DNA from: Octopus sinensis | Taxonomy: Eukaryota | Reading direction: 5' to 3' | Length of the DNA: 64,000 bases | NCBI RefSeq assembly: GCF_006345805.1 | Contig: NC_043007.1 | Location: forward strand, 31,992,001-32,056,000 | Shown here: one piece after another, positions 25,673-40,690 of the stretch | Layout: every line of letters begins with the position of its first letter | How positions within the stretch are numbered: position 1 is the first letter of the stretch | Made by a program: the position numbers and the translations under genes | Notes under the pieces: model-generated | What the model saw: the letters and a program-made list of their open reading frames with translations, nothing else | Databases searched by the model: none | Told to the model about the DNA's origin: nothing

Positions 25673-28214
25673 GAATCTTATTTAAAATTTTTACTTTTGT
25701 AAAACTTTTGCTCGCCAATGTTTATTTAAGCAACATATTTAACTGTTTTACCATGCGCTTAGCTGTTTGGTTAGGTAAGTCAGATAGCTGTTTTATAGTC
25801 GTTGCTAAGGTGTTTAGTTAAGCAAATTTTAAACATTTGCTTGGATTGTAGGAACATGTTTTTAAGGTGACCTCCTAATATCAATACTTCATCACAAAGC
25901 AGCAAAGAACATTATCAAAACAATTATGTACATATGATTAAAGGTAAGGAGCAACAGAATCACTAGCTCTAAGCCTAAACGATTTCAAGAATTCAGAAGT
26001 TCAGAATTAAATAATTCCTATACCAAATAAAAGAAATGAAGACCAAAAAGATTATGAAAGCAGATGGAAAAAACAAATCATAAATATTTTTCTTGTCCTG
26101 TAATCTAACAAAAACATTAAATTTCTAAATCTTAAGGTATTAAGTCGACTCTTATAGCCAGCTGATATATTCTTCAGAATGATCTCTGACCTTATGTAAT
26201 AGCATTTATCTGCTTTGGATGTTAAGAATTTCATAAACTGGAAGCAGTACTTTCTAAGGAGCTTTCTGTTTCCTTTACAAATCACTTAAGTTCCTTCCTC
26301 TTGCTGATCCCGATTATGCATTTCTGACCCTTTAACTTTCCGGTTAAAAGTATTCGTCTTAATGAATGAAATTATTTTAATAGATGGAGATGTGGATTTA
26401 GGGTTAGAAGTTTGCTTCCCAACTAAATAGTTTCAAGTTTAGTCCCACTGTGTGGTAGAAACCCAACATGTGTGTGTTACTGTCCCCTTGACACTATGTG
26501 ACAGCTGTAAACAAGGGTCAGTGTCATGCAAGTCCTGTCCTTCATTTCAGATCTTCTGTGAAAACATGTCTGGCTACAGGAAAATATTAACTTACTTGGA
26601 AACAAGTATGGGTTGGTGCCAGAAAGGGCATCTGGTTATTGAAAATTTGCCATGCAAGCAAGGAAAAGTAACACGATGATGATGATGAAGATGATAAGAA
26701 GTTCATTTCCTAATAAAGAATGCAATTCATAAATTGTCACTTAAACATGAAAAATAAAGTTCAAGAGAAAATTTTTCAAAGAACATTGGAATTCAGCCAA
26801 CAGTACGACAGAGAAATAGTCGATAATTTTTTTCATTTTTTTGTTCATAGCACTGAAAGCATATTCAAAATTAAAAGGCATAAATTATGTTTCAATAAAA
26901 ATTACTTTACACCAAGAAATGTAAACTAAAAAAACCAGTTACATCGAAACACTTTTTTTCATCTAAAGCCAAAAGTACCTCCCTTCATCTGACTTGAGCA
27001 ATCGTGTTTAAAAGGCCTGAATCTAATTTCCTTATCTACAGTCTCAACAACACAGTTTGAAATTTTCTTTCGTTTTAGTAGTCAGCTGTGAAGGCGAGTG
27101 GCCTAGTCATTATAAGGTGCTGCATTCATGATCATAAGATCGTAGTTTCGATTCCCAGTCCGGGCAGTGCATTATGTTCTTCAGTAAAATGCTTCATTTA
27201 ACATTTCTCCACTTCACTCAGCTGAAAATGTGTTTCAGCAACAGATGGGGAGTTGATCCCGTGATGAAACATCATCCTGTCCAGTGGTACCTGTTGTAAT
27301 CTTGTAATCTCAATCACTTATATGTCATGTAAGCCAGGCTAAGTTCCATCCTTATTTAGTGCTTGGACTTAAGATATACCAAAGAAATTAGTAAACGGTA
27401 AACTATGATGGAATGATAAATATACACTTATGTTTTTAAACAGTATTTATACAGATTACAACCAGATTCATGCAACATTCAACACTATGAATTTCTAATC
27501 AGAATTGATAAAACAAGACACTGTTTATAATGAAGCTCTTCAATATTGAAATCATTTGAAATCTGGAGAGCAAAAAAAAAAAAAAAAAAAAAAAAAGAGG
27601 GGGGTATATTCATTGAAATAAGCTTGTTGTTTGATTTTGATACAACAAATAAAATCAATAGCCACTAACTAACAGCAGCCAGAATTTTGAAGTCGTTACT
27701 AGTTGTACCTCGGTGAAAGGATGGGGGATAAAAGAGTAGAGGATGAGTAAAAGTGAAAGACTGTTGGCATTAATCATCTCGGAATGAGACAATTTGGTGC
27801 AGCTCTTTGGACACACATGATTTGGCACAGCTGACTGGAAATTCAGCCGGTTTTGGCAACAGAACCAACCGCAGTCACACACATATATATGCGCGTATGT
27901 GTGATCAGAAGCTTGTAGAGAAAAACTGACAGAGAGAGAGAGAGAGACAGAGATATTACAAGATATATTAATTGAACACAACTGATTTAAACACATTCCG
28001 TCTGATGCAGATAAAGAGAAATACACTCGAGAGAGAGGGGGGGGAAGAGAATGAGAGAGAAACATTAAAGCACCTGATGTCAAATAAGTTGGTGTCGAAT
28101 CAGAGATGACAAAACAGCTGTTCCAAAACATCTTCTACTCGAAAAATTAATCACATCCTGTTCGTACACAGAGATACGTGACTCAAATCTCAATGAGACC
28201 TATGCAACACATCA

Positions 28215-28610
28215 GCTTTCTTTTACTTGCTTTTCTTTTCTTTTTTTTTTTGTTTAGGTCATTTGACTGCAGCCATGCTGGAGCACCACCTTTAGTCGAA
28301 CAAATCGACCCCCAGGACCTATTCTTTGTAAGCCTAGTACTTATTCTATAGGTCTCTTTTGCCAAACCACTAACTTATGGGGGCATAAACACACCAGCAT
28401 CAGTTGTCAAGCGATGGTGGGGGAACAAACACACACACATATATATACGACAGGTTTATTTCAGTTTCCGTCTACCAAATCTGCTCACAAGGCTTTGGTC
28501 GGACCGAGGCTATAGTAGAAGACACTCACCCAAGGTGCCATGCAATGGGATTGAACCCGAAACCATGTGGTTGATAAGCAAACTACTTACCACACAGCCA
28601 CCCCTGCACC
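28215..28610 (-). mobile_element. Full-length family-A SINE
   Basis: Colinear with 3790-4170. Confidence 0.85.
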
Positions 28611-28819
28611 TGTTTATGATCAGTTAATTAACGAAGTCAGTTTTGGCAAGGGACGCTGAAACCTTGCATGGGTAACACATTGTGGGAGATCAAACCCAGT
28701 GACAGGCTAATGTCCTACCCATCCAAGGAGAAAAATATTTCTTATGAACCTAAAACTTATAGACTTGGAACGAAAGCTAATTCTATGAATTGCTCTGCTT
28801 ATCATAAATGTATCTTCTA

Positions 28820-29230
28820 TGTTTTACTTGTTGCAGTCTTTGGACTGTGGCCATGCTGGAGCACCACTTTGAAAAGTTTAGTCAAACAAATGGAACCCAG
28901 TTCTTATTTTTAAGCCTGGTGCTTATTCTGTTTCCCTTTTTTGCTGAACTACTAAGTTATGGGGAGATAAAGAAACCCACACTGGTGGTTAGGTGGTAGT
29001 AAGGGACAAAGACACACACACGCACACATAGATATACACATGATAGGTTTTCTCTTTCTCACACATACACACACACACACAGTTTTTGTCTATCAAATCC
29101 ACTCACAAGGCTTTGGTCAGCCCAGGACAATAGTGAAAACACTTGCCCAAGATGTCATGCAGTGGAACTGAACCAAAAGACCATACGGTTGGTAAAACAA
29201 ACTTCTTACCACACAGCCACGCTGGAGCCT
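28820..29230 (-). mobile_element. Family-A SINE
   Basis: Colinear with 28215-28610 but more diverged. Confidence 0.8.
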
Positions 29231-31452
29231 ATAAAACTATGATCTCATGAGACAGATTACATATGAAGATATTTTTTTCATGACTTCAGCCGAATTTTTG
29301 ATAAAGCTATGCCATGTATTTTAATTATAAATTAAATTTGAAGAAAAATTACAAAAAACAAAAAAGGACAAGAAATAATATGTCAAATACTTTCTAAATA
29401 TAAAATCTAACCCCCACCAAGAATATAAACCTGAACACTGCTCCCCTGTAACATGTAAATTATTTTATCAGATAAACTGCAAAAATAGTTTCATATGAAA
29501 TGCCTCCAATAAATATCTCTGAATGTGTATGTGTTCTCGCTGAGTAAGGAAATATTCTTGTACTATGAACTGAGATGTGCCATGAGAGCCTAAGACAAAG
29601 AATTTGATGAGTGCCTCAAATGCTGGCCTCACAACATCCAATGTAGAATATTGCAAAAATTTTGCACTTTAACTTAGTGATTATTTTAACAGTTCTTCAG
29701 TAAGTACAGCGAAAGCTATGTTTTTGCCTATGTGGTTCTGACTGAAATCAAAATGTGTCTGCAGTTGTCTCCTGTGCTTGCTGCCAGAATTAAAATAATA
29801 TGAAACACTGACTAAAATTGTTTATTCCTCAACTGCATATTTATTTTAAATTAGTTTTTTAATGAGTCACACATTAAATATGCTAACACTAACATACTGA
29901 AATGCTGATGTTTCAGCATGTGATGGGCCATTACAAATCAGCATCAACAGATGCACAGGGACGGCTGTGTGATTAAGAAGCTCATTTTCAAACCATGTGG
30001 TTCCAGGTTCAGTCCTACTGTCTGGCAACTTCGGTCAAGTGTCTTCTACTTAACTTTTTCAGTATCAATGGGTACCTTATAAATGTGCTAATATGATCAT
30101 TAATTATCATCATCATCATCGTTTAACGTCTGCTTTCCATGCTGGCATGGGTTGGACAGTTTGACTGGGGACTGGTACAGGGGCTAACCAGGCGGTACTG
30201 GCATCAAAAAAACAATATTAAATTTATTTAAATAATTAAATGAAATATAGAAACCTGTAAATTAGTATATATGATACAAGCTTATTATTTCTGGAGATGT
30301 ACTTGCATAGCAAGTAACTTGATCTGAGATCATGTGCTGGAACGAAAACAATTGCAGTGTGGAAGGTGTTTGTAAGCCATTTAAGAAACACACAAAAACC
30401 GTTAAATTCACTTCAACATTTAAATTTAATTTGTCAAAATATTTTCGTCGCTTTGAGACTGCGACCTGTTCACTGACAAAACTTCCTGTACTGTGCAAAG
30501 TACCAACTAGTCTGTGTAAGGCGTTAGTACACAAGTCTGGTGACTGCAGGAATTTGAAGTTACTGCTCATAAATTATAGCAGATTATATAAGGTTCTGGG
30601 TCATCAGTGTTCAGAAAATCAGCGTTTTAGATGTAGTATTTAAGTTTTAAATGATTAGAAAAAATTTTTAAGATAAAACAAGAAAAGAAAAAATTTTTTA
30701 ATCTAGAAAAATGTTTATATTACCAAAAGAGAAGGAAGTATAGATAGAAATTTCATTGTTATTGAATTCAGCAAGTTTATCTGAGATATCTGTAACAGGC
30801 TGGCCTGATTCATTCAGTTATTAATAAGTTTTAGTAGAAGAAGAAGAGAGCTAAGAAAATTAAACCTCTTATCGTTAATAAAGTCTAGCAACTACTGATC
30901 TCATGACTACTAATAACTAAATCCCCTTAGTAAACAGATTAAGTCCCCTAATTATCAGCCTTATCCCTTATATCAAGTGCAGCATCAAGCGTGGTGGTGG
31001 TGGTGGTGGTGGTAATGGTGTGAGGAATGGGAAGGAAACTGTATGTATATGAAATATAATTTCTTTGAGGAGATAAAAGTGAAGTTTAATATATAAAAAA
31101 AAAAACTATGAAAAAGAAAAAATCTACAAATACGTATATCAGAGCAAAAATTAGTGAAACCTAATTTGATGCTAAATCCGTTGGACAATGTCAATGACTT
31201 GTCAACCAAATGTATATCAAGATGGCAGCTTCATTTGTTAACCTAAGTAGTGGCAGGAGAAAATTACTTTATTATGAAGAAAGGACACAGATTTGGGACT
31301 CTTTATTATTACACATCACCAGACAAAGGGAGGGGGGTGCATTTTTTTAAAAACCATGAATTAAATCAACTGATGTCACAAAAAAAAATGTTACACAAAA
31401 CACATCAACGTGTGGATGTGCATATGTGAGTATATATATATATGAGGGGGTA

Positions 31453-31823
31453 CTTTTCTACTCTAGGCATAAGTCCTGAAATTTTGGGGGAGAGGGCCAG
31501 TCGATTAGATCGACCCCAGTACGCAACTGGTACTTAATTTACTGACTCTGAAAGGATGAAAGGCAAATTTGACCTCGGCGGAATTTGAACTCGGAACATA
31601 GCAGCAGACGAAATACCTATTTCTTTACTGCCCACAAGGGACTAAACACAGAGAGAACAAACAAGGACAGACAAATGGATTAAGTCAATTATATCGACCC
31701 CAGTGTGTAACTGGTACTTATTTAATCAACCCCAAAAGGATGAAAAGCAAAGTCAACCTCGACGGAATTTGAACTCGCTAAGCATTTCGCCCGGCATGCT
31801 AACGTTTCTGCCAGCTCACTGCC
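31453..31823 (-). mobile_element. Family-B SINE dimer (B1 followed by headless B2)
   Basis: Two tandem bodies with different tails. Confidence 0.85.
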
Positions 31824-31828
31824 TCACA

Positions 31829-32195
<367 letters not shown>

Positions 32196-32684
32196 ATCAG
32201 CAAAGCTTTCTAAATAGAAAATGAAAGTTTGGTGGTCGTTTGGTGGTGAACTACTAACTAGAAGGTCGTAAATTGAAATGCTACACAAAACGGTCAGCAC
32301 TTCACCACTTAGTAAACACTAGTAGTCTGCTATTAGTCCAATGCAAAACAAACCACTCCTTTTACATGAGTGGAGTTTCTGAAAGCGAATCACCTCCAAC
32401 ATCCCAAATTAAACACAAAATTCAGAACAAGAGAAAACTAGGCGAATCAATAAATATTCAGGCTACAACCATAAAGTCACTTGGCAAGAAAGAAGAAACT
32501 GCATCAGGTCAAAATCATTTAGTAATATATATGCAGGAGAGGCTGTGTGGTAAGAAGCTTGCTTACCAACCACATGGTTCTGGGTTCGGTCCAACTGCGT
32601 GACAACTTGGGCCGACCAAAGCCTTGTGAGTGGATTTGGTAGACAGAAACTGAAAGACGCCCTTCGTGTGTATGTGTGTGTATA

Positions 32685-32726
<42 letters not shown>

Positions 32727-33479
32727 TTACTTGGAAAAGGATGCGTGGCGTTATATATATGTGTGTGAAAAGGTTGCAAGACGCAAAAAAAATTAGGAAA
32801 ATAAAAATAATAAGTGGAAATTTTACCAGTAAGTGTGTTAAATTATAAGGCACAAAAAGAAAATAACTCTCCCCAGACACAACAGTACATACACATATAT
32901 ATAAATAAAATGGTGATATACATATGTATGTGTATATCAATTTTATTATTACTTTATATTCACTAATTTTAATTGAAATGTGTGGATGTAGATAAGTGTA
33001 GTAATAAAAATACTTAGTATCGAATGTTTGAAGAATATTAATGATATAAAATTAAAAGCTAACTGGTTGAAATTGTATTTTAATCTGATGTCTAGTAAGC
33101 TACTGATTACCAAATGGTAGAAGAAGACTTATAGAGATTATGTCTTAAAAAATAATCCTTTTACAGATAAAAGTCAAACTGAGAAAGGATTTCATCGGAA
33201 TAATTTATGAGTTGAAGGCTGTAATGGAGAGTTCTGTCATTTAGTGTTCACGTCTGCACACTTTCACAATTCAGACAGAATTTATTGAGGAGGATTTTCT
33301 CAAGCTGGAGGCCCTTCCTGTCACCAACCTTTACCTGTTTCTAAGCAAGGTAATATTTCCCCCATGGCCAGACATCTTTTTCATGTTAGACTGAAAATGG
33401 ACATCACTTGTATGATGGTGATACATGCTTACAACCATCACATGATGTGAAGACAAAGAAATGCGCAGACACAAACAAT

Positions 33480-33533
33480 ACACACACACACGCACGCACA
33501 CACATATATGTATGTATATATATGTATGTGTGC

Positions 33534-33585
<52 letters not shown>

Positions 33586-33786
33586 ATATCTATATATATA
33601 TGTGTGTGTGTGTATATATATATATTGATGTATGTATGTATGTATATATATATATTGATGTATGTATATATATATATGATGTATGTATATATATATATAT
33701 ATGATGTATGTATATATATATATATATTGATGTATGTATATATATATATATTGATGTATGTATATATATATATATATTGATGTATG

Positions 33787-33839
<53 letters not shown>

Positions 33840-33874
33840 GTATGCGAGTGTCTATATATATATGTGTGTGTGTA

Positions 33875-33941
<67 letters not shown>
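33480..33941. repeat. Compound microsatellite/minisatellite: (TA)n/(TG)n with tgatgtatg units, then (CAT)n
   Basis: Directly visible. Confidence 0.95.
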
Positions 33942-33942
<1 letters not shown>

Positions 33943-34057
33943 GTTTAACGTCCGCTTTCCGCGCTAGCACGGGTTGGACGGTTTGACCGGGTCTGGGAAG
34001 CCAGGGGCCGCACCAGGCTCCAGTCTGAATCTGGCAGAGTTTCTACGGCTGGATGCC

Positions 34058-34696
34058 CTTCCTAACGCCAACCACTCCGTGAGTGGATTGGGTGCTTTTT
34101 ACGTGCCACCTGCACAGGGGCCGGAGGGTCCGGCATCGTCACGATCGGTTCGAGCATTTTAACGTGTCAGCGGCACATGGGCAACGAGGTCCGGGGTACT
34201 TTGGGGATCCGGGGTACTTAGAATGAGTAGGGGGTATGTGGAATTGCTGCAGAAAGCAGCCCGGGTCTTTGTAGTCACAGCATTTATCATCACTGAGTAA
34301 CGTAATTAGGTAGAGGAAAGAAATACAGATATTCTAGAGTTGAGTTGGGGAGGGGGAGGTCCAGTTGAGGCGGGTAATATAGGAGGGCAACCAGTGGGGA
34401 AGGTTGGGGTAAGGAGGAACGATGGCAGGAAGGGTTGGTGTAGGTTCCTAAGAAATCTTCCTAACGCCAACCACTCCGTGAGTGGATTGGGTGCTTTTTA
34501 CGTGCCACCTGCACAGGGGCCGGAGGGTCCGGCATCGTCACGATCGGTTCGAGCATTTTAACGTGTCAGCGGCACATGGGCAACGAGGTCCGGGGTACTT
34601 TGGGGATCCAGGGTACTTTGGGGATCCGGGGTACTTAGAATGAGTAGGGGGTATGTGGAATTGCTGCAGAAAGCAGCCCGGGTCTTTGTAGTCACA
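34058..34696. repeat. Local direct duplication (~220 bp) within a retroposon
   Basis: 34058-34279 is repeated at 34457-34696; the second copy has one extra gggtactttggggatcc unit. Confidence 0.9.
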
Positions 34697-35178
34697 TATA
34701 TATATATGTCAATGACAAGCTTCTTTCAGTTTCCATCTATGAAATCCACACGGAGGGCTTTAGTTAGGCCAGGGCTACAGCAGAAGACATTTGCCAAAGG
34801 TGCCATGCGGTGGGGCTGGACCCTAAACGCATAGTTGGGAATTCAAACTTCTCAAAGCTCACAGCCATGTCTGATGCAGAAACACAAACTGGAACATGAG
34901 TTAGAAACGAAAATAGAATTCTGACTGAACCCATGACAGAGCTGGAGTAAATCTGATGCTGACAGCGAGAGAAAGAACAATGGTTTTGTGCAAGATGATA
35001 CTGAGGAGCATGTCGATGCATAAACATTATCTTTGGACTCACCATAACAAGTTAATATTACGGTTGTAGAGATAAAACAAAACTTAGCACAGACAGTTTA
35101 TTGTTTAATCAGGCAATTTTTTAACTTGAATTTTTCTAATTAGCAAAAATGTGACCTTTGGTTTTGTGGCCTATTGTA

Positions 35179-35744
35179 TAGGGTTGTTCAGAAAGTTTGT
35201 GCTGATTTTTAAAGGAAAGAATAAGGTCAATAAATACCTGCCATTACATTTTTAATCAACCAAATATGAACCATTTTATTGCACAATGCGTCTCCATCTT
35301 TCCTTTAACTTGAAAATACCCTCTTCCCAGAACTGAGGTGGTTTCATGGCAAAGAATTCATCAAGGTATCTTTTTACGTCATCCGAGGAATTGAAATTTT
35401 TACCATTAAGACTATTCTTCAGAGACCTGAATGAGTGGAAATCCGAAGGAGCAATATCTGGTGAATATGGAGGGTGGGGTAACACATCCCAGCCAAGCTG
35501 CAGCAATTTTTGTCTGGTTCCCAAAGCATCAAGTGCCAAAAATGAACTTTCTTATCTTCCATTTTAAAGGGTTACAAAATTAACACAGGTTATAGGAATA
35601 GAAACCTTCTTCCATGAAAAGATAGCTTAAACTGTGCTCTAAATGGAGGTGTAGTCAAATCCTATTTTATGGACCCAACCATGTTCTAAAATAAGTCAAA
35701 AGGTAAGCTACTATAAATCGGCACAAACTTTCCAGACAACCCAA
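35179..35744 (-). mobile_element. Internally deleted mariner element
   Basis: TA-flanked TIRs tagggttgttcagaaagtttgtgctgattt / aaatcggcacaaactttccagacaacccaa. ORF 35539-35276 contains LGWDVLPHPPYSPDIAPSDFH...GIFKLKERW. Confidence 0.92.
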
Positions 35745-37789
35745 TAAAATTCTGTTAATGACATTGTCTTGAATATTAATGTAAATTCACATAATTTTCT
35801 ACTAAACTGAATGTTAATACCAAAGTAGTTAATGGTGTTAGTAATACACTAGCACCTATAATTCATAATAATACAAATATCTGAATTTTTTAAAACCCAG
35901 CATCTCAAGCAAGCATAAAAAATAGGAATGACATAAGAGGATAAAAAATTTAGTTTGGAGATGGATCAAAAAGAAAATAATGACTAAGAAAATTTAACAA
36001 CACAATACATAACTAGTTGCAATAGATTAAATTCTTAAAACTCATTAAACTATGTTTCTAAATTTGGTAACATCAGCTGCCAAGTTTATACACAAGTTTA
36101 CAGTTAATATATTTTGTATTTCACATCTAGAATCTGAATCTGTAAATAGTTGGAGATTTATCAACTACACAGTCCAGATACTTAATACACACAGACAGCT
36201 GCCAGTGTAATTTCCTTTCCTGCCATAAACATTTTGAAAAACAAAGGAATATATAAATATCAAAGAGCTATTTCAGAACACAGTCCAATGAAACTTTCGG
36301 TTATAAATGTAAAAGAGAAATGCAGAAAGCAATTCATTTAGATCAGAATGATTTGAAAACTTTATTTTTAATCAATCAGGGAAAGTGCATCAAAAAAACA
36401 TATACTGGCACCATTTGCGTGCATGTGGTTGCAGACCAGGTTTCTTTCTCTTTAATAAACAAAATGCAATACTAAGTGAATTAGCATACCAAAGACAAAA
36501 ACAATTTAGATATATCCACAACCAATCTGTTGCAAAGCACATTTCACCTTTTATACACATGCAGGTCACTCTACAAACCGCATTCTCAAATTATTACTGA
36601 TTTCTATTTTCCTACAGTCTGGCAAAAATTATTTTACAATTTATTATCTGAGAAAAATCTAGACTGCTTGTTTTGCTATTTTCAATCATTAATTTCTAGA
36701 TTTAACTTTTAGATTTTAATAATTCTTATGATTTTGATTTTGAAAATAGGAAATGTACTATTTTGATATAAACACTCTGCTGAATACCAATTACTGCACT
36801 TGATGGCATAAAAGGTGCATATTAGACACACCCTAATTTCAGCAACACATATTCCAGGAAAAAGTTTTTCTTGAATTAAAGCATGTAATATAGGCCCAAC
36901 TTCACATATAGGGCTTGTGGTGATATTTTTGAGACATGAAAATATAGAAATCAAAGTACATTGATACAAGAGGGACAAAAAGCCAACGCTTTATAACCTA
37001 AAATATTTTCCAGAGATACATTGCATAGCTTGGATGCAAGACGAAAATATTAAATTATAGCTCAACATATTTTAGACTCATACAGCTTGCAGTGAGGGCC
37101 TCCATTCATCAGTCATCAACTAAGAATTTCAGTTCCTTCTGGTAATATTGCTCTCTCTCTCTATCTCAGTCAGTGCCATGTAGCATTGATACTATCAGGA
37201 AATATCTAAGTGCTTTGGCAGTAGCACACTTCTCCCCCCCCCCTCATATTATGCAACTAACCAATGATTATTGTTTTAATATTTACAGAAGATTTCATTT
37301 TCAGTTTTGGCCGTTCTCTCAAATGCCTCTATCATATCCATGATGAAACCATTTCTGCTTCTCTCTGTAGGGCACAAACCACTGCTCTGCTTTTCCTCCC
37401 AAGCTCAACGATAAACCAGAGAGGAAATTATGCAATCACCCACAAACCTACACCATCTCACCTCCTCAACAGGATCTGCTGTACACTGCCATCCTCTTAC
37501 CTTATGCACCTAGAGAAAGAGTTCCTCGTATTTCAAGCACTATTAGCTAAAAACTACACTACATCACTGCTTTGCACTTCTAGACAAGCCACGTCAGTCA
37601 CTGAACTAATTTAGCTGAAAATAAGTTACTCTCTATCTTTCAAAAAAAATGAGGAAACAGTCACATATTTTTCCTATATCATTGCCAACATCACTCGGCT
37701 TGTATCCAGTATTTTTTCCCCTCATATCTTGATCCCATGGAATTTATTCTCCTAAAGCTTCTCAAGTCTTCTTCAGTTTGTATCTAAGG

Positions 37790-37983
37790 CGATGAAATGC
37801 TTAGCGGTATATCGTTACGTACTGAGTTCAAATTCCGCCGAGTTCAACTTTGCCTTTCATCCTTTCGAGGGTCGATAAATTAAGTACCAGTTACGCACTG
37901 GGGTCGATGTAATCGACTTTATCTGTTTGTCTGTCCTTGTTTGTCCCTTCTATGTTTAGCTCCTTGTGGGCAATAAAGAAATA
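37790..37983 (+). mobile_element. Family-B SINE (5' truncated)
   Basis: gaaatgcttagcggta...ttgcctttcatcctttcg...gggcaataaagaaata. Confidence 0.8.
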
Positions 37984-40079
37984 TAATATGATTGTTTCCT
38001 GCCACCGAATCAAAGTCGCCCGCATCCCCCAACCCACAGCATCCACCTGCACAGCACCACCACCCAACCAACCGATGCTGTCAGTTCATGCATGTATTTT
38101 TGATTCGTCATCACTTTCTTACCCTAAACCTTATTTGTACCTCTTGTAAAAATATAGCGTACGAAAAGAAAGAAAACCTTGGCAAAGGGCTTCTTTAGAT
38201 CAACACAACAAAATTAAATATACACTTGCTTGATTTGCTTAGTTGACTTACTAAACAGATGGCAAAGATATTTTTGAGCTTCAGCACTGAGCAAAGTGCA
38301 AATGTGTTTTAGTAAAAGTTGAGTGACTTTTTACACAATATGACCCTGATCCTTAAGATAGTTTGATCTGAGAATCCCTCTCCGTATTGAACCAATTCAA
38401 TCTAAAGATTCCTTCTTCAGCCAGCTTTCGTATATTTTCTTATTGTCATACAGTGCTACTATCAATTACATTATTTTCCTGTTTCCTCCACTCATGTTTG
38501 TTTTCCCCATCTGTTTTATTAACCTGCATTTTACACTCTTCATTTTCTCTCTCAATATATTCACAAATCTTGTTACTATTACCAGTTGTGTGTGACCAAA
38601 TATACCTGCTCTAAAGCTTTACACTCTACATTTCACATACACCTTCCCACTTATTTATTATGTTTATTTTCTCTACATTAACTTTTCTTTTCACTGATGT
38701 TATTCTATGCCAGACGTGGTGACTATTATACAGTTCTCAATTAACACAGTCCATTACTTGATATCCATTTGTAGCTCCCACCTCTTCCCTTACATTTTCA
38801 AGGCTTGCAAAAATCACACACATCCCAGAAATTTCAAGTTTCATTTCTATTTAAGAAGCAATTAATCATCATCATCATCATCCTTTAACTCCGTTTTCCA
38901 TGCTAGCATGGGTTGGACGGTTCGAGTCGGGTCTGGGAAGCCAGGAGGCAGCACCAGGCTCCAGTCTGATCTGGCAGTGTTTCTACAGCTGGATGCCCTT
39001 CCTAATGCCAACCACTCTGAGAGTGTAGTGGGTGCTTTTTACGTGCCACCGGCACAGTAAATATGTCATAATATATGGCATTTTTGATAAATTTTCCAAG
39101 TCTAAGACATATAGTTTCTTTCAGCTTTATCCAACATCTTATACATAAAAGAGTCTTGCTAAGCACAAACCATTTACAGTTGCAAAATAAAACACTGAAA
39201 GAATATTATTAATTCTTCAAACAAACCATCAAGTTGTCTATTTATTTAGCTTCAGGTCAACCCTGATCAATCAAACCTATAACCAAAAGCATTCCAGTTG
39301 TGGCCTCTTCATCATTTTAGGTAGGTAGGACTACACTATATAACGCACCCGTTCCGTCATGAAAGACGATAGGGTGTAATTTGAGGGTGTCTTGGCTGCT
39401 ATTTCTAACAGGCTGAGCGACCACATAGACTTTTTTGCATCAACTTGAAATTACTAATTTTAAACAACAACTGTTATAGTGCTGATTCTTGATACTAGAA
39501 CCAAGGGTTTTTACAAACATTTGAGGACCACACAATAACATGATCAAAGAAAGGGCTCTATATGCTTATTCTATACAAACAACTACATTTTCATCTTTAT
39601 TACTATCAATCAAATTACTTTTACCAGTTATTTTTAAATTTCTGTCAATAGCTTCTTGATCTGTGTTACAGAGAAAAGCCTGTGGAAACCAGATTAAATT
39701 TGTAAAAGACAAAATCAATTCTTATTCCAAACTGCCTCATACAACATAGCTTAATGTGGCTTATGCTATTTTCTTTACGATATAGTTTTATAAATAAAGA
39801 CCTTTCATTTAATAGAAACTGCACTGAAAATTGCCTCAGGACACTGACACTATAAATTAATATTATCAAAGCATTCTTTTGAGAGCTGTATTCCTTTAGC
39901 AAAACACATTCTCGGAGATCAAACCACTCACAAGTCCCAACATGATGTCTAATGATAACTTTTGGACAGGATTAATTTCATGTGGCTAATGACTCCACAA
40001 ACTGTTGACTGTTAAGCATGGAAATTGAGCCAATCAAAGGAAAAGATGACCGACGCACAATGAATTACGTCTTTGTATC

Positions 40080-40690
40080 TTTTATTTGCTTTGGCCAATG
40101 GGCTGCGGCCATGCTGGAGCACTGCCTTGAAGTTTTTAGTCAAACACATCAATCCTAGTGCTTATTTTTTTAAAGTTTGGTACTTATTCTATGTGTCTTT
40201 TTGGCAAACTGTTAAGTTACAAGAATGTCAATAAACCAACTCTGGTTGTCAAGTGGTGGTGGTGGAGACAACTACAGACACATACACACTCGTGACAGGC
40301 TTCCATACAGTTTCTTATTTCTTTATTGCCCACAAGGGGCTAAACATAGAGGGGACAAACAAAAACAGACAAAGAGATTAAGTCAATTACATTGACCCCA
40401 GTGCGTAACTGGTACTTAATTTATTGACCCCGAAAGAATGAAAGGCAAAGTCGACCTCGGTGGAATCAGAACGTAATGGCAGATGAAATACCACTAAGCA
40501 TTTCACCCAGCATGTTAACATTTCTGCCAGCTCACCGCCTTTCATACAGTTTCTGTCTACCTAATTCACTCACAAAGCATTAGTCAAACCATTGCTATAG
40601 TAAAAGACACTTGGCCAAGGTGATGTGTAATGGGCTTGAACCAGAAGCAGTGCGATTGCAAGCGAGCTTCTTAACCACACAGCCATACCT
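40080..40690 (-). mobile_element. Family-A SINE with nested family-B SINE (~40313-40541)
   Basis: catacagtttct is duplicated on both sides of the inner element (TSD). Confidence 0.8.

Noticed and set aside
27655-28131. 158-aa minus-strand ORF
   Set aside because: It includes microsatellite-derived low-complexity stretches and has no recognisable domain.
30262-30643. Overlapping ~100-aa ORFs on both strands
   Set aside because: No recognisable homology or convincing splice sites.
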